A stretch of DNA of 64,000 nt from positions 320,001 to 384,000 of the forward strand of contig CAXXWS020000002.1 of the NCBI GenBank assembly GCA_963665325.3, written 5' to 3'. Under the pieces are notes generated by a model. That model was not told where the DNA came from, did not search any database, and was given only the letters and a program-made list of their open reading frames with translations. This stretch comes from Alphaproteobacteria bacterium. GTDB lineage: Bacteria > Pseudomonadota > Alphaproteobacteria > Bin95. Position numbers and translations under genes: made by a program. Shown in pieces: positions 21,221-32,958 of the stretch. How positions within the stretch are numbered: position 1 is the stretch's first letter; each line of letters opens with the position of its first letter.

Positions 21221-22504
21221 ATGACCGACAACGAACCGTCCTTCGGCTTCGAAACGCTCGCCATCCATGCCGGCGCCGGCCCCGACCCGGCCACGGGCGC
21301 GCGCTCCACGCCCATCTACCAGACGACCTCCTATGTGTTCGACGATGTCGATCACGCCGCATCGCTCTTCAACCTCCAGACCTACGGCTTCATCTATTCG
21401 CGCCTGACCAACCCGACGGTCTCGGTGCTTGAGGAACGGGTGGCGGCGCTGGAAGGCGGCAAGGGCGGCACGGCCACGGCGTCGGGCCATGCGGCGCAGA
21501 TGCTGGCGCTCTTCCCGCTCATGCAGCCGGGCTCGCACCTGCTGGCGTCCAACAAGCTCTACGGCGGCTCGGTCACCCAGTTCACGCGCACCTTCGCCAA
21601 GTTCGGCTGGGAGGCCTCGCTGATCGACTTCGACGACCTCGACGGCGTGCGCGCCGCGATACGGCCGGAGACGCGGGTCGTGTTCTGCGAGTCGCTCGCC
21701 AATCCGGGCGGCATCGTCAGCGACCTGGAGGCGCTGGCCGGAATTGCGCATGAGGCGGGCCTGCCGCTGATGGTGGACAACACCATGGCGACGCCGTTCC
21801 TCTGCCGCCCGTTCGAGTGGGGCGCGGACCTCATCGTGCATTCCATGACCAAGTTCCTCTCCGGCCACGGCAACGCCATGGGCGGCATGGTGGTGGACAG
21901 TGGCGGCTTCGACTGGGGGCAGAACGACAAGTTCCCCTCCATGACGGAGCCGGAAGGCGCCTATCACGGCCTGCGCTTCTGGGAGACCTTCGGCGACCTC
22001 GGCTACACGGTGCACTGCCATGCGGTCGGGCTGCGTGACCTCGGCGCTACCATGGCGCCGCTCAACGCCTTCCTCGGCATCACCGGCATCGAGACGCTGC
22101 CGCTGCGCATGGCCCGGCACAGCGAGAACGGGCTGGAAGTGGCGCGCTACCTCTCCAGCCATCCGGCCGTCGCCTGGGTTTCCTATGCGGGGCTGGACGA
22201 CAACCCTTACAAGCCGCTCGCCGACAAGTATCTGGCCGGCTCCGGCGGTTCGGTGTTCACCTTCGGCCTCAAGGGCGGCTACGAGGCGGGGGTGAAGCTG
22301 GTGGAAGGCGTCGAGCTTCTGAGCCATCTCGCCAATATCGGCGACACGCGCTCGCTCATCATCCATCCCCGCTCCACCACCCACCGCCAGCTCTCCGAGG
22401 AGCAGGCCGCCGCGGCCGGCGCGGGCGACGAAGTGGTGCGCCTCTCCGTCGGCCTGGAGACCGCCGCCGACATCGTCGCCGACCTGGAGCAGGCCCTGGG
22501 CTGA
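21221..22504 (+). CDS. metY: O-acetylhomoserine aminocarboxypropyltransferase
   Basis: [25 protein letters not shown] lysine, [11 protein letters not shown]. Confidence 0.93.
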   Translation: MTDNEPSFGFETLAIHAGAGPDPATGARSTPIYQTTSYVFDDVDHAASLFNLQTYGFIYSRLTNPTVSVLEERVAALEGGKGGTATASGHAAQMLALFPLMQPGSHLLASNKLYGGSVTQFTRTFAKFGWEASLIDFDDLDGVRAAIRPETRVVFCESLANPGGIVSDLEALAGIAHEAGLPLMVDNTMATPFLCRPFEWGADLIVHSMTKFLSGHGNAMGGMVVDSGGFDWGQNDKFPSMTEPEGAYHGLRFWETFGDLGYTVHCHAVGLRDLGATMAPLNAFLGITGIETLPLRMARHSENGLEVARYLSSHPAVAWVSYAGLDDNPYKPLADKYLAGSGGSVFTFGLKGGYEAGVKLVEGVELLSHLANIGDTRSLIIHPRSTTHRQLSEEQAAAAGAGDEVVRLSVGLETAADIVADLEQALG

Positions 22505-22913
22505 AGACGGGGCGCTCAACGCAGGCCTCCGCGTTCCGTTGCGCTCCCCTCCCGGCGTGACGGGCCTTCGCCGGGCTTCCCCGGCCGCCGCGCCGAACAT
22601 TACGAATGGTGGGGTTGGCCCCGCCGCTTCCGCTGACGCGAGAACGGCCCCCTGACCGTTCCCTCCGACAAGCTCAGGTAAGGCTGCTGGCGCGATCGCC
22701 ACTCAGGATGAGAGGCCGGAGGCCGCGGATGTCTCGTGGACAACACCGAACCGGCGCAACCGGACGGAGCGGAGACGGGACGCATGACAAACACTTCATG
22801 ACATTTCCCGGGTCCTTCCCTTTCCTGCCCGGCAAGGAGATATACGCAAGCGTCCGCTTGGCCTATATCCCGCTGCCGATACGACATGACCGCATGGAGC
22901 CGGAGACGAGCCT

Positions 22914-24272
22914 GTGACCCTCACCGTCCACAACACGCTGGCGCGCGCCAGGGAGCCTTTCGAGCCGCTCGACCCGGAGCATGTGCGCCTCTATGTGTGT
23001 GGGCCGACGGTCTATGACCTCGCGCATATCGGCAATGCGCGCCCCGTGGTCGTGTTCGACGTGCTCTACCGCCTGCTGAGGCGGCTCTATCCGCGCGTGA
23101 CCTATGTTCGGAACATCACGGATGTGGACGACAAAATAAACGCGCGGGCGGCCGAGACGGGCGAGCCGATAGACCGCATCACCGCGAAGACGACCGAGGC
23201 GTTCCACGCCGACATGGCCGCGCTCGGCACGCTGCCGCCGGATGTCGAGCCGCGTGCGACCGACCATGTCGGGCCGATGATCGAGATGATCGAAAAGCTG
23301 GTCGCGGACGGCCACGCTTACGAGGCGGACGGACATGTGCTCTTCCATGTGCCGTCGATGGCGGATTACGGGCGGCTGTCGCGTCACTCCCGCGAGGAGC
23401 TGATTGCAGGCGCGCGGGTCGATGTGGCGCCCTACAAGCAGGACCCGGCGGACTTCGTGCTCTGGAAGCCGAGTTCCGACGATCTGCCCGGCTGGCCGAG
23501 CCCCTGGGGCCGGGGCCGGCCCGGCTGGCATATCGAATGCTCGGCCATGTCGCGCGCCTACCTGGGCGATGCCTTCGATATTCACGGCGGCGGGGCGGAC
23601 CTGATCTTCCCGCACCACGAGAACGAGCTGGCCCAGAGCGTCTGCGCCCACGGTCCGCCTTTCGTGCGCTACTGGATGCATAACGGCTATCTGGTGGTGA
23701 ACAGGGAGAAGATGTCGAAATCCCTCGGCAATGTGCTGACCGTGCGCGAACTGCTGGCCGACACGCCGGGCGAGGCGGTCCGGCTGGCGCTGCTGCAGGC
23801 GCATTACCGCGCGCCGCTCGACTTCAGCCGCGACTCGCTGACGGAAGCCAAGAGCAGCCTCGACCGACTCTACCGGGCCCTGCGGGACGCCGGCGCGCAT
23901 GAGCCGTGCGAGCCCGTGCCGGCCGTGCTGGAGGCGCTGCTCGACGACCTCAACACGCCGGCCGCCATAGCGGCGTTGCACGAGACCGCGACCGAACTCA
24001 ACCGGTCGGAAGACCCGGATGAAAGGGCGGCGCTGGCCGGCTCGCTGCTCGGTGCGGGCGCGCTGCTGGGCCTGCTCCGGGCCAACCCGGAAGAATGGCT
24101 GCACGGCGCGGGCGAGGATGCGGACGAGATCGAGGCGCTGGTGGCCGAGCGTGTCGCAGCGCGCCGGTCGCGGGACTTCGCGCGGGCGGATGCGATTCGG
24201 GATTCGCTGGCGGCGCGCGGTATCGCGCTCGAGGACGGGCCGGAAGGCACGGCCTGGCGGCGAACGGCCTGA
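22914..24272 (+). CDS. cysS: Cysteine--tRNA ligase
   Basis: [33 protein letters not shown]. Confidence 0.98.
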   Translation: MTLTVHNTLARAREPFEPLDPEHVRLYVCGPTVYDLAHIGNARPVVVFDVLYRLLRRLYPRVTYVRNITDVDDKINARAAETGEPIDRITAKTTEAFHADMAALGTLPPDVEPRATDHVGPMIEMIEKLVADGHAYEADGHVLFHVPSMADYGRLSRHSREELIAGARVDVAPYKQDPADFVLWKPSSDDLPGWPSPWGRGRPGWHIECSAMSRAYLGDAFDIHGGGADLIFPHHENELAQSVCAHGPPFVRYWMHNGYLVVNREKMSKSLGNVLTVRELLADTPGEAVRLALLQAHYRAPLDFSRDSLTEAKSSLDRLYRALRDAGAHEPCEPVPAVLEALLDDLNTPAAIAALHETATELNRSEDPDERAALAGSLLGAGALLGLLRANPEEWLHGAGEDADEIEALVAERVAARRSRDFARADAIRDSLAARGIALEDGPEGTAWRRTA

Positions 24273-24283
24273 GGAGGGAAGCG

Positions 24284-24955
24284 ATGCGGTTCCGGCTTCA
24301 CCATGCGGACGGCTCCGACGACATAGAAGTCCCGATCTCCGTCATCGTCATCGCCGGCTGGTCGGGACGCGACCGGGCGGCGGTGCAGGAGCATATCGAC
24401 GAGCTCAGGGAGATCGGCGTCGTGCCGCCCTCGCAGACGCCGCTCTACTACCGGGTGGGCGCGTCGCTCGCCACACAGGCGGAGCGCATCCAAGTGCTGG
24501 GCGAAGGAAGCTCCGGCGAGGCGGAGGCGGTGCTGATCGGCTCGGCAGAGCACGGCATGCTGGTGGCCGTGGGCTCGGATCACACCGACCGGGCGTTCGA
24601 GGCGCAGTCCGTCGCGGTCTCCAAGCAGATGTGCCCGAAGCCGCTCGGGCGAGATGTCTGGCGCTGCACCGATGTCGCCGCCCGCTGGGACAAGCTCAGG
24701 CTGGAAAGCGACATGGACGGCGAGCCCTACCAGCGCGGGACCATGGCGGCGGTGCGCGAGCCGGTGGATCTGATCGCCGACTATTTCTCCGGCTACAAGA
24801 CGGTTCCGCCGGAATTCGCCATGTTCCTCGGCACCATTCCGGCGATCGGCGGTGTGCGCGCCGGCAAGAAGTTCGCGGCCCGCCTCGCCGACGACGAGAC
24901 GGGGCGCGAACTCACGCTCGACTATGAGGCCGTGACGCTGCCGATCGTTTCGTAG
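24284..24955 (+). CDS. DUF2848 family protein
   Basis: IAGWSGRD, SSGEAE, GSDHTDR, SKQMCPKP. Confidence 0.85.
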   Translation: MRFRLHHADGSDDIEVPISVIVIAGWSGRDRAAVQEHIDELREIGVVPPSQTPLYYRVGASLATQAERIQVLGEGSSGEAEAVLIGSAEHGMLVAVGSDHTDRAFEAQSVAVSKQMCPKPLGRDVWRCTDVAARWDKLRLESDMDGEPYQRGTMAAVREPVDLIADYFSGYKTVPPEFAMFLGTIPAIGGVRAGKKFAARLADDETGRELTLDYEAVTLPIVS

Positions 24956-24967
24956 GGTGCAGCCGGC

Positions 24968-26164
24968 TCAGGCGGTAACGCCGTCGGTCCGGAACCGCGC
25001 AATCTCCTCCGTGTCGTAGCCGAAGGCGGCGAGCACTGCGTCGGTGTGCTGACCCAGCAGGGGCGCCGCCACCGGGACGGCTGTCGGCGTGGCGGAGAGG
25101 CGGACGGGCGAGGCGAGTGCTTCGAAGCGGCCCGCCTTCGGATGATCGACCTCATGCACCATGCCGCGGGCGCGCACTTCCGGCGCGGCGAGCGCTTCGG
25201 CGATGCTTCGCACCGCTCCGGCGGGGACGCCTGACGCACGAAACTTCGCGATCCAGCCGGCGCGGGTATCGGAGGCGAAGATTTCGGCGAGCAGCGCGCG
25301 GTTCGCCTCCCGGTTGGCAAGGCGGGCGGCGTTGTCACGGAAATGCGGGTGGTCGAGCAGTTCGGGCCGTTCGACGACATCGCGGCAGAAGCGCTCCCAT
25401 TGCCGATCGTTGCCGATGACGAGATAGAGCGGCCCGTCTGCGGTCTCGACCACGCCGAACGGCTCCAGGAACGGGTGGTCGTTGCCGTAGCGCCCTGTAT
25501 CCTGGCCGGTGATGAGCGTGACCTGCGCCTGGTTGGCGAGCGAGGCGACCGCACCGTCGAGCAGCGCGATGTCGATGGCCTGTCCCTCGCCGGTGCGTTC
25601 GCGGTGGTAGAGCGCGGCGAGCACGCCCTGCAGCGCATTGTAGCCGCTGAATATGTCGGCATAGGAAATGCCGGTGCGCAGCGGCCCGCCATCGGCCTCG
25701 CCGGTAATCGCCATCATGCCGCCCTCGGCCTGTGCCACGGGATCGTAGCCCGCGACTTCCCGCAAGGGGCTGTCATGGCCGTAGCCCGAGATCGAGCAAT
25801 AGATCAGGCCGGAATTGATCTCGCGGAGGCTCTCGAAATCGAGACCCAGCCTCGCCATCACGCCCGGCCTGAAGTTCTCGACCAGGATATCGGCGCGCGC
25901 CGCGATCCGCCTTGCGATTTCCTGGCCTTCGGGCACCGCTATATTGAGTGCGAGACTCTTCTTGTTGCGGTTGGCGAAGACGAAATAGGCGCTCTCGCCC
26001 GCCAGCTCCTCGCGCACATCGAAGCGCCGCGTGTCATCGCCTCCCTTCGGGTTCTCGATCTTGACGACCTCGGCGCCGAGATCGGCCAGCGCCAGCGTGC
26101 ACCAGGGGCCGGCGAGCACGCGCGTGAAGTCGAGCACCGTGACGCCGGCAAGCGGACCCGTCAT
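24968..26164 (-). CDS. CaiB/BaiF class III CoA-transferase
   Basis: LAGPWC, NRNKKS, ENFRPG, GYD. Confidence 0.93.
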   Translation of the reverse strand: MTGPLAGVTVLDFTRVLAGPWCTLALADLGAEVVKIENPKGGDDTRRFDVREELAGESAYFVFANRNKKSLALNIAVPEGQEIARRIAARADILVENFRPGVMARLGLDFESLREINSGLIYCSISGYGHDSPLREVAGYDPVAQAEGGMMAITGEADGGPLRTGISYADIFSGYNALQGVLAALYHRERTGEGQAIDIALLDGAVASLANQAQVTLITGQDTGRYGNDHPFLEPFGVVETADGPLYLVIGNDRQWERFCRDVVERPELLDHPHFRDNAARLANREANRALLAEIFASDTRAGWIAKFRASGVPAGAVRSIAEALAAPEVRARGMVHEVDHPKAGRFEALASPVRLSATPTAVPVAAPLLGQHTDAVLAAFGYDTEEIARFRTDGVTA

Positions 26165-26200
26165 GGAATACCACCAGTCGTTTCGGGAAGGATCGAAGCC

Positions 26201-27412
26201 TCAGATAATCTTGCGTTCGCGCAGGCATTCGAGCGCAGCCTCGTCGTAGCCCAGCCGGCCCAGGATTTCGGCATTGTGCTCGCCGAGCTTCGGCGCCACG
26301 CCGATCTGCGCCGGCGTCTCCGAGAAGCGCCACGGCGTGCCGTGGACCTTGAGCGTCTCGCCGGCCTCCGGATAGTGCTTTTCGGCGATATATCCGTTTG
26401 CCAGCACATCGGGATCGTTCGAGGCTTCGAGGAGCGTGTTGATCGGCGCGGAGACGATATCCGCCGCGCGCAGCAATTCCACCCAGCGCTCGCGGCTGCC
26501 AGTCGCGAACAACTCCGCCAATGTGGAGAGGATCAGCGTCTTCTTCTCCTCGGACACCAGAGCAAGCCCGAGATCGTCCGCGCCGCGTTCCTCCAGCACT
26601 TCGTAGAAACCGAGCGCTTCCATCGCGCGTTTCCAGTCGCGGTGACCGAGCTGGAAGACGAGCGGCTGCCCGTCGATGTCGTTGAAGCTGGCGGCGATAC
26701 CGGGCCGCTCGCGGGTGCCGTTGATGCGCGTGCCGGTGATCGGGTTGCGGCCGCGCCACATCGTCGTGGTAAGCGTCCAGCCCATCAACCGCACGACGCC
26801 CGCGACCAGAGAAGTTTCGACCTTCTGGCCTACGCCTGTGGTCCGGGCGCAATGCAACGCCGCCAGCAGCCCGCCGAACGCCAGGAGCGCGCAGGACTCG
26901 TCGGCGACCGAGACGATACCGGTCCGCATGGATTCGCCCGGTCCCGCATAGGCTTCCGTCACCCCGCCGAGCGCCTGCCCGACCGCATCCGTGCCCGGCA
27001 GATGGGCATGGGGACCTTCCTGGCCGTATCCGGATATCGAGACATAAACCAGGGCCGGGTTGATGGCCTTGAGTGTTTCGTAGTCGAAGCCGTTCTTCTC
27101 GGCCACGCCCGGCCGAAAGTTCTGGCCGAAGACATCCGCCTCGGCCACGAGCTTGTGCAGGATCGCGCGGCCTTCGTCGGATTTGAGGTTGAGCGTCAGG
27201 CTCTTCACGCCGCGATTATTGGTCTCGAAGAAGGAGCTGACCCCGCCCTTGATCTCGCCGGCCACACGCGAGCTGTCACCGGTGCCGGGCACCTCGATCT
27301 TGATGACCTCCGCTCCCAGGTCGGCCATCAGCATGTAGGGCACCGTGCCTGCCTGCGCGGTCGAGCAGGCGACGGCCTTGACGCCCGCAAGCGGGCCCGG
27401 GCAACCGGTCAT
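26201..27412 (-). CDS. CaiB/BaiF class III CoA-transferase
   Basis: DLGAEVIKIE, NFRPG, SISGYG, GTD. Confidence 0.92.
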   Translation of the reverse strand: MTGCPGPLAGVKAVACSTAQAGTVPYMLMADLGAEVIKIEVPGTGDSSRVAGEIKGGVSSFFETNNRGVKSLTLNLKSDEGRAILHKLVAEADVFGQNFRPGVAEKNGFDYETLKAINPALVYVSISGYGQEGPHAHLPGTDAVGQALGGVTEAYAGPGESMRTGIVSVADESCALLAFGGLLAALHCARTTGVGQKVETSLVAGVVRLMGWTLTTTMWRGRNPITGTRINGTRERPGIAASFNDIDGQPLVFQLGHRDWKRAMEALGFYEVLEERGADDLGLALVSEEKKTLILSTLAELFATGSRERWVELLRAADIVSAPINTLLEASNDPDVLANGYIAEKHYPEAGETLKVHGTPWRFSETPAQIGVAPKLGEHNAEILGRLGYDEAALECLRERKII

Positions 27413-27457
27413 GGGAGAAGCTCCTCGTTTGAGTCTTGCACTGCCGAGGCCGGCGGG

Positions 27458-28270
27458 TCAGTCGTCCCCGGCCATGACGGATTCGAGGGTCGGCATCCGG
27501 TACCGGTCCGCGGGATCGTCCCAGCCCTTGAACCTGGGCTTGCGCTTCTCGGCGAAGGCGCGGCGGGATTCCATCCGATCCTCCAGGCAGCCATGCTCGT
27601 GCAGAGCCTCGGCCAGCCGCTCCAGAGGCGGCGACACCTGCGCGCGCATCTGGCGCATCATGTAGAGGGTGTTGACCCGCGAGGCCGGCGGCAGGCTCAG
27701 CAGGTGCTCGGCCATCTCCATCGCCGTCGGCATCAGTTCGTCCGGTTCGACCAGCCGGTTGACGAAGCCCAGTTCGTGGAAGCGCTCGGCCGTGAAGCGG
27801 AACCCGAACGCCATCTCCATCGCGACGGGATAGGGCAGGTTGGCGATGTAGCCGTGGTTGTAGCCACCGAGCAGCCAGCGTTTTGCTTCCGAAATCTCGA
27901 ACAGCGTGCCCTTGACTGCGACGCGCAGATCGGTGCGTTCCACCAGCATGAACCCGCCGCCCATCGCGAAGCCGTTGACGGCGGCAATGACGGGCTTCTG
28001 CAGGGTCCCTTCGGCGAACGGGTCGTCGAGATCGTCATCGGACGAGTCGACGTCGCCGCGCTCGACGGATTCCTTCATGTCTTCACCGGCGCAAAAGCCC
28101 CGGCCGGTCCCGGTCAGGATCGCCACCTCCAGGCCGTCATTGTCCCGGAATTCCGAGAAGGCCTCCGCCATGCCCTGGCGGATCACCCTGCTGAGCGCAT
28201 TCAGACGCTCCGGCCGGTTGAGCCGGACGACCATGGTCTGGCCGTGGATTTCCGTTTCGACAAACGCCAT
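27458..28270 (-). CDS. Enoyl-CoA hydratase/isomerase family protein
   Basis: LNRPERLNA, FCAGED, KPVIAAVNGFAMGGG. Confidence 0.93.
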   Translation of the reverse strand: MAFVETEIHGQTMVVRLNRPERLNALSRVIRQGMAEAFSEFRDNDGLEVAILTGTGRGFCAGEDMKESVERGDVDSSDDDLDDPFAEGTLQKPVIAAVNGFAMGGGFMLVERTDLRVAVKGTLFEISEAKRWLLGGYNHGYIANLPYPVAMEMAFGFRFTAERFHELGFVNRLVEPDELMPTAMEMAEHLLSLPPASRVNTLYMMRQMRAQVSPPLERLAEALHEHGCLEDRMESRRAFAEKRKPRFKGWDDPADRYRMPTLESVMAGDD

Positions 28271-28478
28271 GACTTAGCCTCGCAATGCTGTGGAACGGTC
28301 GGGAGCAGACCGCCCGGAGTTTACCCTCCGAAGAGTCCGAGCGGCAACTTGGCGTCTTCGGCATGCCGTCGAACGCGGCCGCCTGTCGCAATTGCGCGGG
28401 TTCAGGTCGTGCAACTGTCTGGCGTCCCCTGCCTGCTTGGGTTATGTGCGACCGGTTCGGTCCGGGGGGCGTTGCTTC

Positions 28479-29729
28479 ATGGCGCGTTACTCGATCTTTT
28501 CGCTGGCGCGCAATGCGCTGACCGGCCACCGCGACTGGCCGGAGCTCTGGCGCTCGCCGGAGCCGCGGCCGGCTTATGAGGTCGTGATCGTCGGCGGCGG
28601 CGGCCACGGCCTCGCGACGGCCTACTACCTCGCGAAGGAACACGGTGTCACCGACGTCGCAGTGGTGGAAAAGGGCTGGCTGGCGGGCGGCAATATCGCG
28701 CGCAACACCACCATCATCCGCTCCAACTATCTCTGGGACGAAAGCGCCGCGATCTACGAGCACGGGCTGAAGCTCTGGGAGGGCCTCTCCCGCGAGCTCA
28801 ACTTCAATGTGATGCTGCGCCAGCGCGGCGTGTTGAACCTGGCGCATACCGAGCACGACGTCCGGGAGTCGATCCGCCGGGTAAATGCCAACCGGCTGAA
28901 CGGCGTGGACGCCGAATGGCTCGACGCCGAGGGCGTCAAGGCGTTCTGCCCGCCGATCTCGATCTCGCCGTCGGTGCGATACCCGGTCCTCGGCGCGACG
29001 CTGCAACGGCGCGGCGGCGTCGCCCGGCACGACGCCGTTGCCTGGGGCTATGCGCGTGGCGCCGATGCGCAGGGCGTCGATATCGTCCAGCATTGCGAAG
29101 TCACCGGCATCAGGCAGGTGCGCGGGCGCGTTACGGGTGTGGAGACGAGTCGGGGTTTCATCGGCGCGAAGAAAGTCGCGCTGGTTGCGGCCGGCCATTC
29201 CTCGGTGCTGGCGGAGATGGCGGGCCTGCGCCTGCCGGTGGAGAGCCACCCCTTGCAGGCGATGGTCTCCGAGCCGCTGAAACCGGTGCTCGACTGCGTC
29301 GTGATGTCGAACGCCGTGCATGTCTATATCAGCCAGTCGGACAAGGGCGAGCTGGTGCTGGGCGCCGGCATCGACGCCTTCAACAGCTACGGCCAGCGCG
29401 GCGGGCTGCATGTGCTGGAAGACCAACTTGCGGCGCTGATGCAGCTGTTCCCCGCTTTCAGCCGGGTGCGCCTGCTCAGAAGCTGGGGTGGCATTGTCGA
29501 TGTCTGCCCCGACGCCTCGCCCATCGTCTCGAAAACGCCGGTCGAGGGCCTCTACATCAATTGCGGCTGGGGCACGGGCGGCTTCAAGGCGACTCCAAGC
29601 TCGGGATGGACGTTTGCGCACACGGTCGCGCGCGACGAGCCGCATCCGCTGAACGCGCCTTTCGCCTTCGACCGCTTCACTTCCGGCGCGCTGATCGACG
29701 AGCACGGCGCAGCCGCTGTCGCGCATTAG
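28479..29729 (+). CDS. soxB: Sarcosine oxidase subunit beta
   Basis: [42 protein letters not shown]. Confidence 0.97.
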   Translation: MARYSIFSLARNALTGHRDWPELWRSPEPRPAYEVVIVGGGGHGLATAYYLAKEHGVTDVAVVEKGWLAGGNIARNTTIIRSNYLWDESAAIYEHGLKLWEGLSRELNFNVMLRQRGVLNLAHTEHDVRESIRRVNANRLNGVDAEWLDAEGVKAFCPPISISPSVRYPVLGATLQRRGGVARHDAVAWGYARGADAQGVDIVQHCEVTGIRQVRGRVTGVETSRGFIGAKKVALVAAGHSSVLAEMAGLRLPVESHPLQAMVSEPLKPVLDCVVMSNAVHVYISQSDKGELVLGAGIDAFNSYGQRGGLHVLEDQLAALMQLFPAFSRVRLLRSWGGIVDVCPDASPIVSKTPVEGLYINCGWGTGGFKATPSSGWTFAHTVARDEPHPLNAPFAFDRFTSGALIDEHGAAAVAH

Positions 29730-29743
29730 GGAAGGGGCCGGCC

Positions 29744-30034
29744 ATGATGAGCATTGAATGTCCCTGGTGCGGACCTCGCGACGAGACCGAGTTCCACTAT
29801 GGCGGCGAGGCACACATAGCGCGGCCCGTCGACCCGGACGCGCTTACGGACGAGGCCTGGGCGGACTACCTGTTCATGCGCGCCAACCCCAAGGGCATCC
29901 ATGCCGAGCGCTGGATGCACGCCCAGGGCTGCCGGCGCTGGTTCAACGCGCTGCGCCATACCGCCAGCCACGACTTCGCGGCGGTCTATCCGATGGGGGC
30001 GTCCCGGCCCGAATTGCCGGAGACGGAGACGTGA
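29744..30034 (+). CDS. soxD: Sarcosine oxidase subunit delta
   Basis: IECPWCGPRDETEF, ERWMH..GCRRWFN. Confidence 0.96.
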   Translation: MMSIECPWCGPRDETEFHYGGEAHIARPVDPDALTDEAWADYLFMRANPKGIHAERWMHAQGCRRWFNALRHTASHDFAAVYPMGASRPELPETET

Positions 30035-32958
30035 GCGCACCTTTCCGCCTGCCGTCCGGCGGCCGGATCGACCGGTCGCGCGAGCTCTACTTCCGCTTCG
30101 ATGGCAGGCGCTATGCGGGGCATCCCGGAGACACGCTGGCCTCGGCCCTGCTCGCAAACGGGGTGAGGCTCTTCGCCCGCAGCTTCAAGTACCATCGGCC
30201 GCGCGGGTTGATGACGGCTGGCGCGGAAGAGCCGAACGCGCTCGTCCTGCTGGAGCCCGGTCCTTTCGCGGAGCCCAATCTTCGTGCCACCGAAATCGAG
30301 CTTTACGACGGGCTGACCGCCGAGAGCGTCAACCGATGGCCGTCGCTTGGTTTCGATATCGGTGCTGTCACCGGGCTGGCATCCGGCCTGTTCGTTGCCG
30401 GCTTCTACTACAAGACCTTCATGTGGCCGCCCTCCTGGTGGAACCGCATCTATGCCCCGGCGATCCGGCGCATGGCGGGTCTGGCGCGCGCGCCGCGCGA
30501 AGCCGATCCGGAGGTCTATGAGCACCGGCACGCGCATTGCGACATCCTGATTGTCGGAGGCGGCCCGGCGGGCATCGCAGCCGCTCATGCCGCCGCGGCC
30601 GCAGGTGCGCGCGTTATGCTGGCGGACGAGCGCCCGCGCTTCGGCGGTTCGCTGCTGGACGGGGCCGCGCGCGTCGGGGACGAAGAAGGCGCGGCGTGGG
30701 CCGAGCGGATGCTGGCCGGCATATCGGCGGTGCTACTGCCTCGCACCACCGCCTTCGGCTACTACGACCACAATTTTGTTGCGCTGGCCGAGCGGCTGAC
30801 GGAAGGCGTTGCACCTTCGGAACGCGTCGGCCGGCCGCGCCAGCGCATCTGGCATGTTCGCGCCCGGCGCGTGGTGCTGGCGCCCGGCGCGCTTGAGCGC
30901 CCGCTCGTCTTTCCCGGCAACGATCGGCCGGGCGTCATGCTGGCGAGCGCCGTCTCGGCCTATATCCACCGCTATGCCGTGCTGCCCGGCCGGCGCGCCG
31001 TCTTTCTCGCCAATGACGACTCGGTCTATGCCGCCGCGCGCGAATTCGCCCGGCACGGCGGCGAGGTCACGGCGCTCGTGGACCTGCGCCGGGACGGTGC
31101 GGCAGACGGAGACGGGCTGCCGGTGCTGCGCGGCGCCCTGCCGGTGCGAAGCCTGGGCCGCCGCCATGTAAAGGGACTCGAGATCCAGTCCGCTCCGGAC
31201 GGCGGAACCCGGCGTATTGCCTGCGACCTTATTGCGATGGGCGGCGGCTGGAACCCGGCTGTGCACCTCTTCAGCCAATCGCGGGGCTTGCTCAGCTGGG
31301 ACGACGACTTCCAGACGTTCGTTCCCGGCCAGTCGGCCCAGGCGGAGCGTTCCGTCGGCGCGGCGGCGGGCCGGTACGATCTCGAAGGCTGCATTGCGGA
31401 GGGGACGGAGGCCGGATCCGCCTTCGCCCGCGAACTCGGCTTCGACGCGCCTGCGCCGCCTTCCGCTCAGGCGCCTCCGCCGCGCACGGCGCCCGCACGG
31501 ACGGTCCCGCCCGCTGGCCGCGGCAAGGCGTTCGTCGATTTCCAGAACGACGTGACCGCCTCCGATGTCGCTCTTGCCAGGCGCGAGGGGATGCATTCGG
31601 TCGAGCACCTCAAGCGCTGGACGACGCTCGGCATGGCGACCGACCAGGGCAAGACGTCCAACATCAACGGGCTTGTGCTGATGGCGGGCGGGCTGGGCCT
31701 GCCGCCGGCCGCGGTCGGCCATACCACCTTCCGGCCTCCCTATACGCCAGTGCCTTTCGGCGCGCTGGCGGGGCGCAATATCGCCGCGCTCGCCGATCCG
31801 GTGCGCCGCACGCCGATGCAGGACTGGCAGGAAGCGAACAGCGCCGTGTTTGAGCCGGTCGGCCAGTGGCTCCGGGCACGCTACTACCCCGTGGGCAACG
31901 AGACCATGCGTGAGGCGGTGGCCCGCGAATGCCGGGCGGTGCGCGAGGCGGCCGGTATCCTGGATGCGTCCACGCTCGGCAAGATCGACATTCGCGGTCC
32001 CGACGCGGCCGAATTCTTGAACCGCATCTACACCAATGGCTGGAAGACGCTGGACATCGGGCGCTGCCGCTACGGATTGATGCTGGGCGAGGACGGCATG
32101 GTGTTCGACGACGGCGTCACCACCCGAACCGGCGAGCACCGCTACCTGATGACCACGACCAGCGGCAATGCCGCTGCCGTTCTGGAATGGCTTGAGGAGT
32201 GGCTACAGACCGAGTGGCCGGAACTCAGGGTCTATTGCACCTCGGTGACCGAACAATGGGGCACGATCACAGTATCGGGGCCCCATGCGCGGGCGTTGCT
32301 GGAACCGCTGGTCTCGGACATCGACCTGGACCCCGCAGCCTTCCCCTTCCTGTCGATGCGCGAGTGCCGGATCGGCGGGGTGCCGGGCCGCATTTTCCGC
32401 ATCGCTTTCACCGGCGAACTTTCCTACGAGGTGAACATGCCTTGGCGCCGGTGCCTGCCGGCCTGGGAAAGCCTGATCGAGGCCGGCGCCGTGCCCTACG
32501 GCACGGAGGCGATGCATGTGTTGCGGGCCGAAAAGGGTTTCATCGTGGTCGGCCATGAGACCGACGGCACGGTGACGCCTCTCGATCTCGGCATGGAGCG
32601 CATGGTCTCCTCGCGGAAGGACTTTATCGGCCGCCGCTCCCTCGCCCGCCCGGACAGCCGGAGGCCGGACCGCAAGCAACTGGTCGGGCTGCTGCCGGAC
32701 GACCCTGCGGAGGTGGTTCAGGAGGGCGCCCAGATCGTCGAGGCGCCGCGCGGAACCCCTCCCGTGCCGATGCTGGGCCATGTGACCTCCAGCTACTGGA
32801 GCGCGGCGATGGGGCGCGGCTTTGCGCTCGCGCTGGTCAAGGGCGGGCGGTCGCGCCACGGCGACTGGGTCTGGGCCTCGGCAACGACCGGGGACAGTCG
32901 TGTGCGGATTGTCGATCCGGTCTTCTACGACCGCGAGGGGGCGCGGCTCGATGGCTGA
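30031..32958 (+). CDS. soxA: Sarcosine oxidase subunit alpha
   Basis: GDTLASAL, SFKYHRPRG, TDQGKTSN, GcvT-like C-terminus. Confidence 0.96.
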   Translation: MSAPFRLPSGGRIDRSRELYFRFDGRRYAGHPGDTLASALLANGVRLFARSFKYHRPRGLMTAGAEEPNALVLLEPGPFAEPNLRATEIELYDGLTAESVNRWPSLGFDIGAVTGLASGLFVAGFYYKTFMWPPSWWNRIYAPAIRRMAGLARAPREADPEVYEHRHAHCDILIVGGGPAGIAAAHAAAAAGARVMLADERPRFGGSLLDGAARVGDEEGAAWAERMLAGISAVLLPRTTAFGYYDHNFVALAERLTEGVAPSERVGRPRQRIWHVRARRVVLAPGALERPLVFPGNDRPGVMLASAVSAYIHRYAVLPGRRAVFLANDDSVYAAAREFARHGGEVTALVDLRRDGAADGDGLPVLRGALPVRSLGRRHVKGLEIQSAPDGGTRRIACDLIAMGGGWNPAVHLFSQSRGLLSWDDDFQTFVPGQSAQAERSVGAAAGRYDLEGCIAEGTEAGSAFARELGFDAPAPPSAQAPPPRTAPARTVPPAGRGKAFVDFQNDVTASDVALARREGMHSVEHLKRWTTLGMATDQGKTSNINGLVLMAGGLGLPPAAVGHTTFRPPYTPVPFGALAGRNIAALADPVRRTPMQDWQEANSAVFEPVGQWLRARYYPVGNETMREAVARECRAVREAAGILDASTLGKIDIRGPDAAEFLNRIYTNGWKTLDIGRCRYGLMLGEDGMVFDDGVTTRTGEHRYLMTTTSGNAAAVLEWLEEWLQTEWPELRVYCTSVTEQWGTITVSGPHARALLEPLVSDIDLDPAAFPFLSMRECRIGGVPGRIFRIAFTGELSYEVNMPWRRCLPAWESLIEAGAVPYGTEAMHVLRAEKGFIVVGHETDGTVTPLDLGMERMVSSRKDFIGRRSLARPDSRRPDRKQLVGLLPDDPAEVVQEGAQIVEAPRGTPPVPMLGHVTSSYWSAAMGRGFALALVKGGRSRHGDWVWASATTGDSRVRIVDPVFYDREGARLDG

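Noticed and set aside
28275-28478. Glycine riboswitch upstream of soxB
   Set aside because: The GGAGA...CCGAAG...CTCTCAGG core could not be assembled.
25343-28579. 1078-aa ORF on the plus strand
   Set aside because: Antisense shadow of the CoA-transferase and enoyl-CoA hydratase genes.
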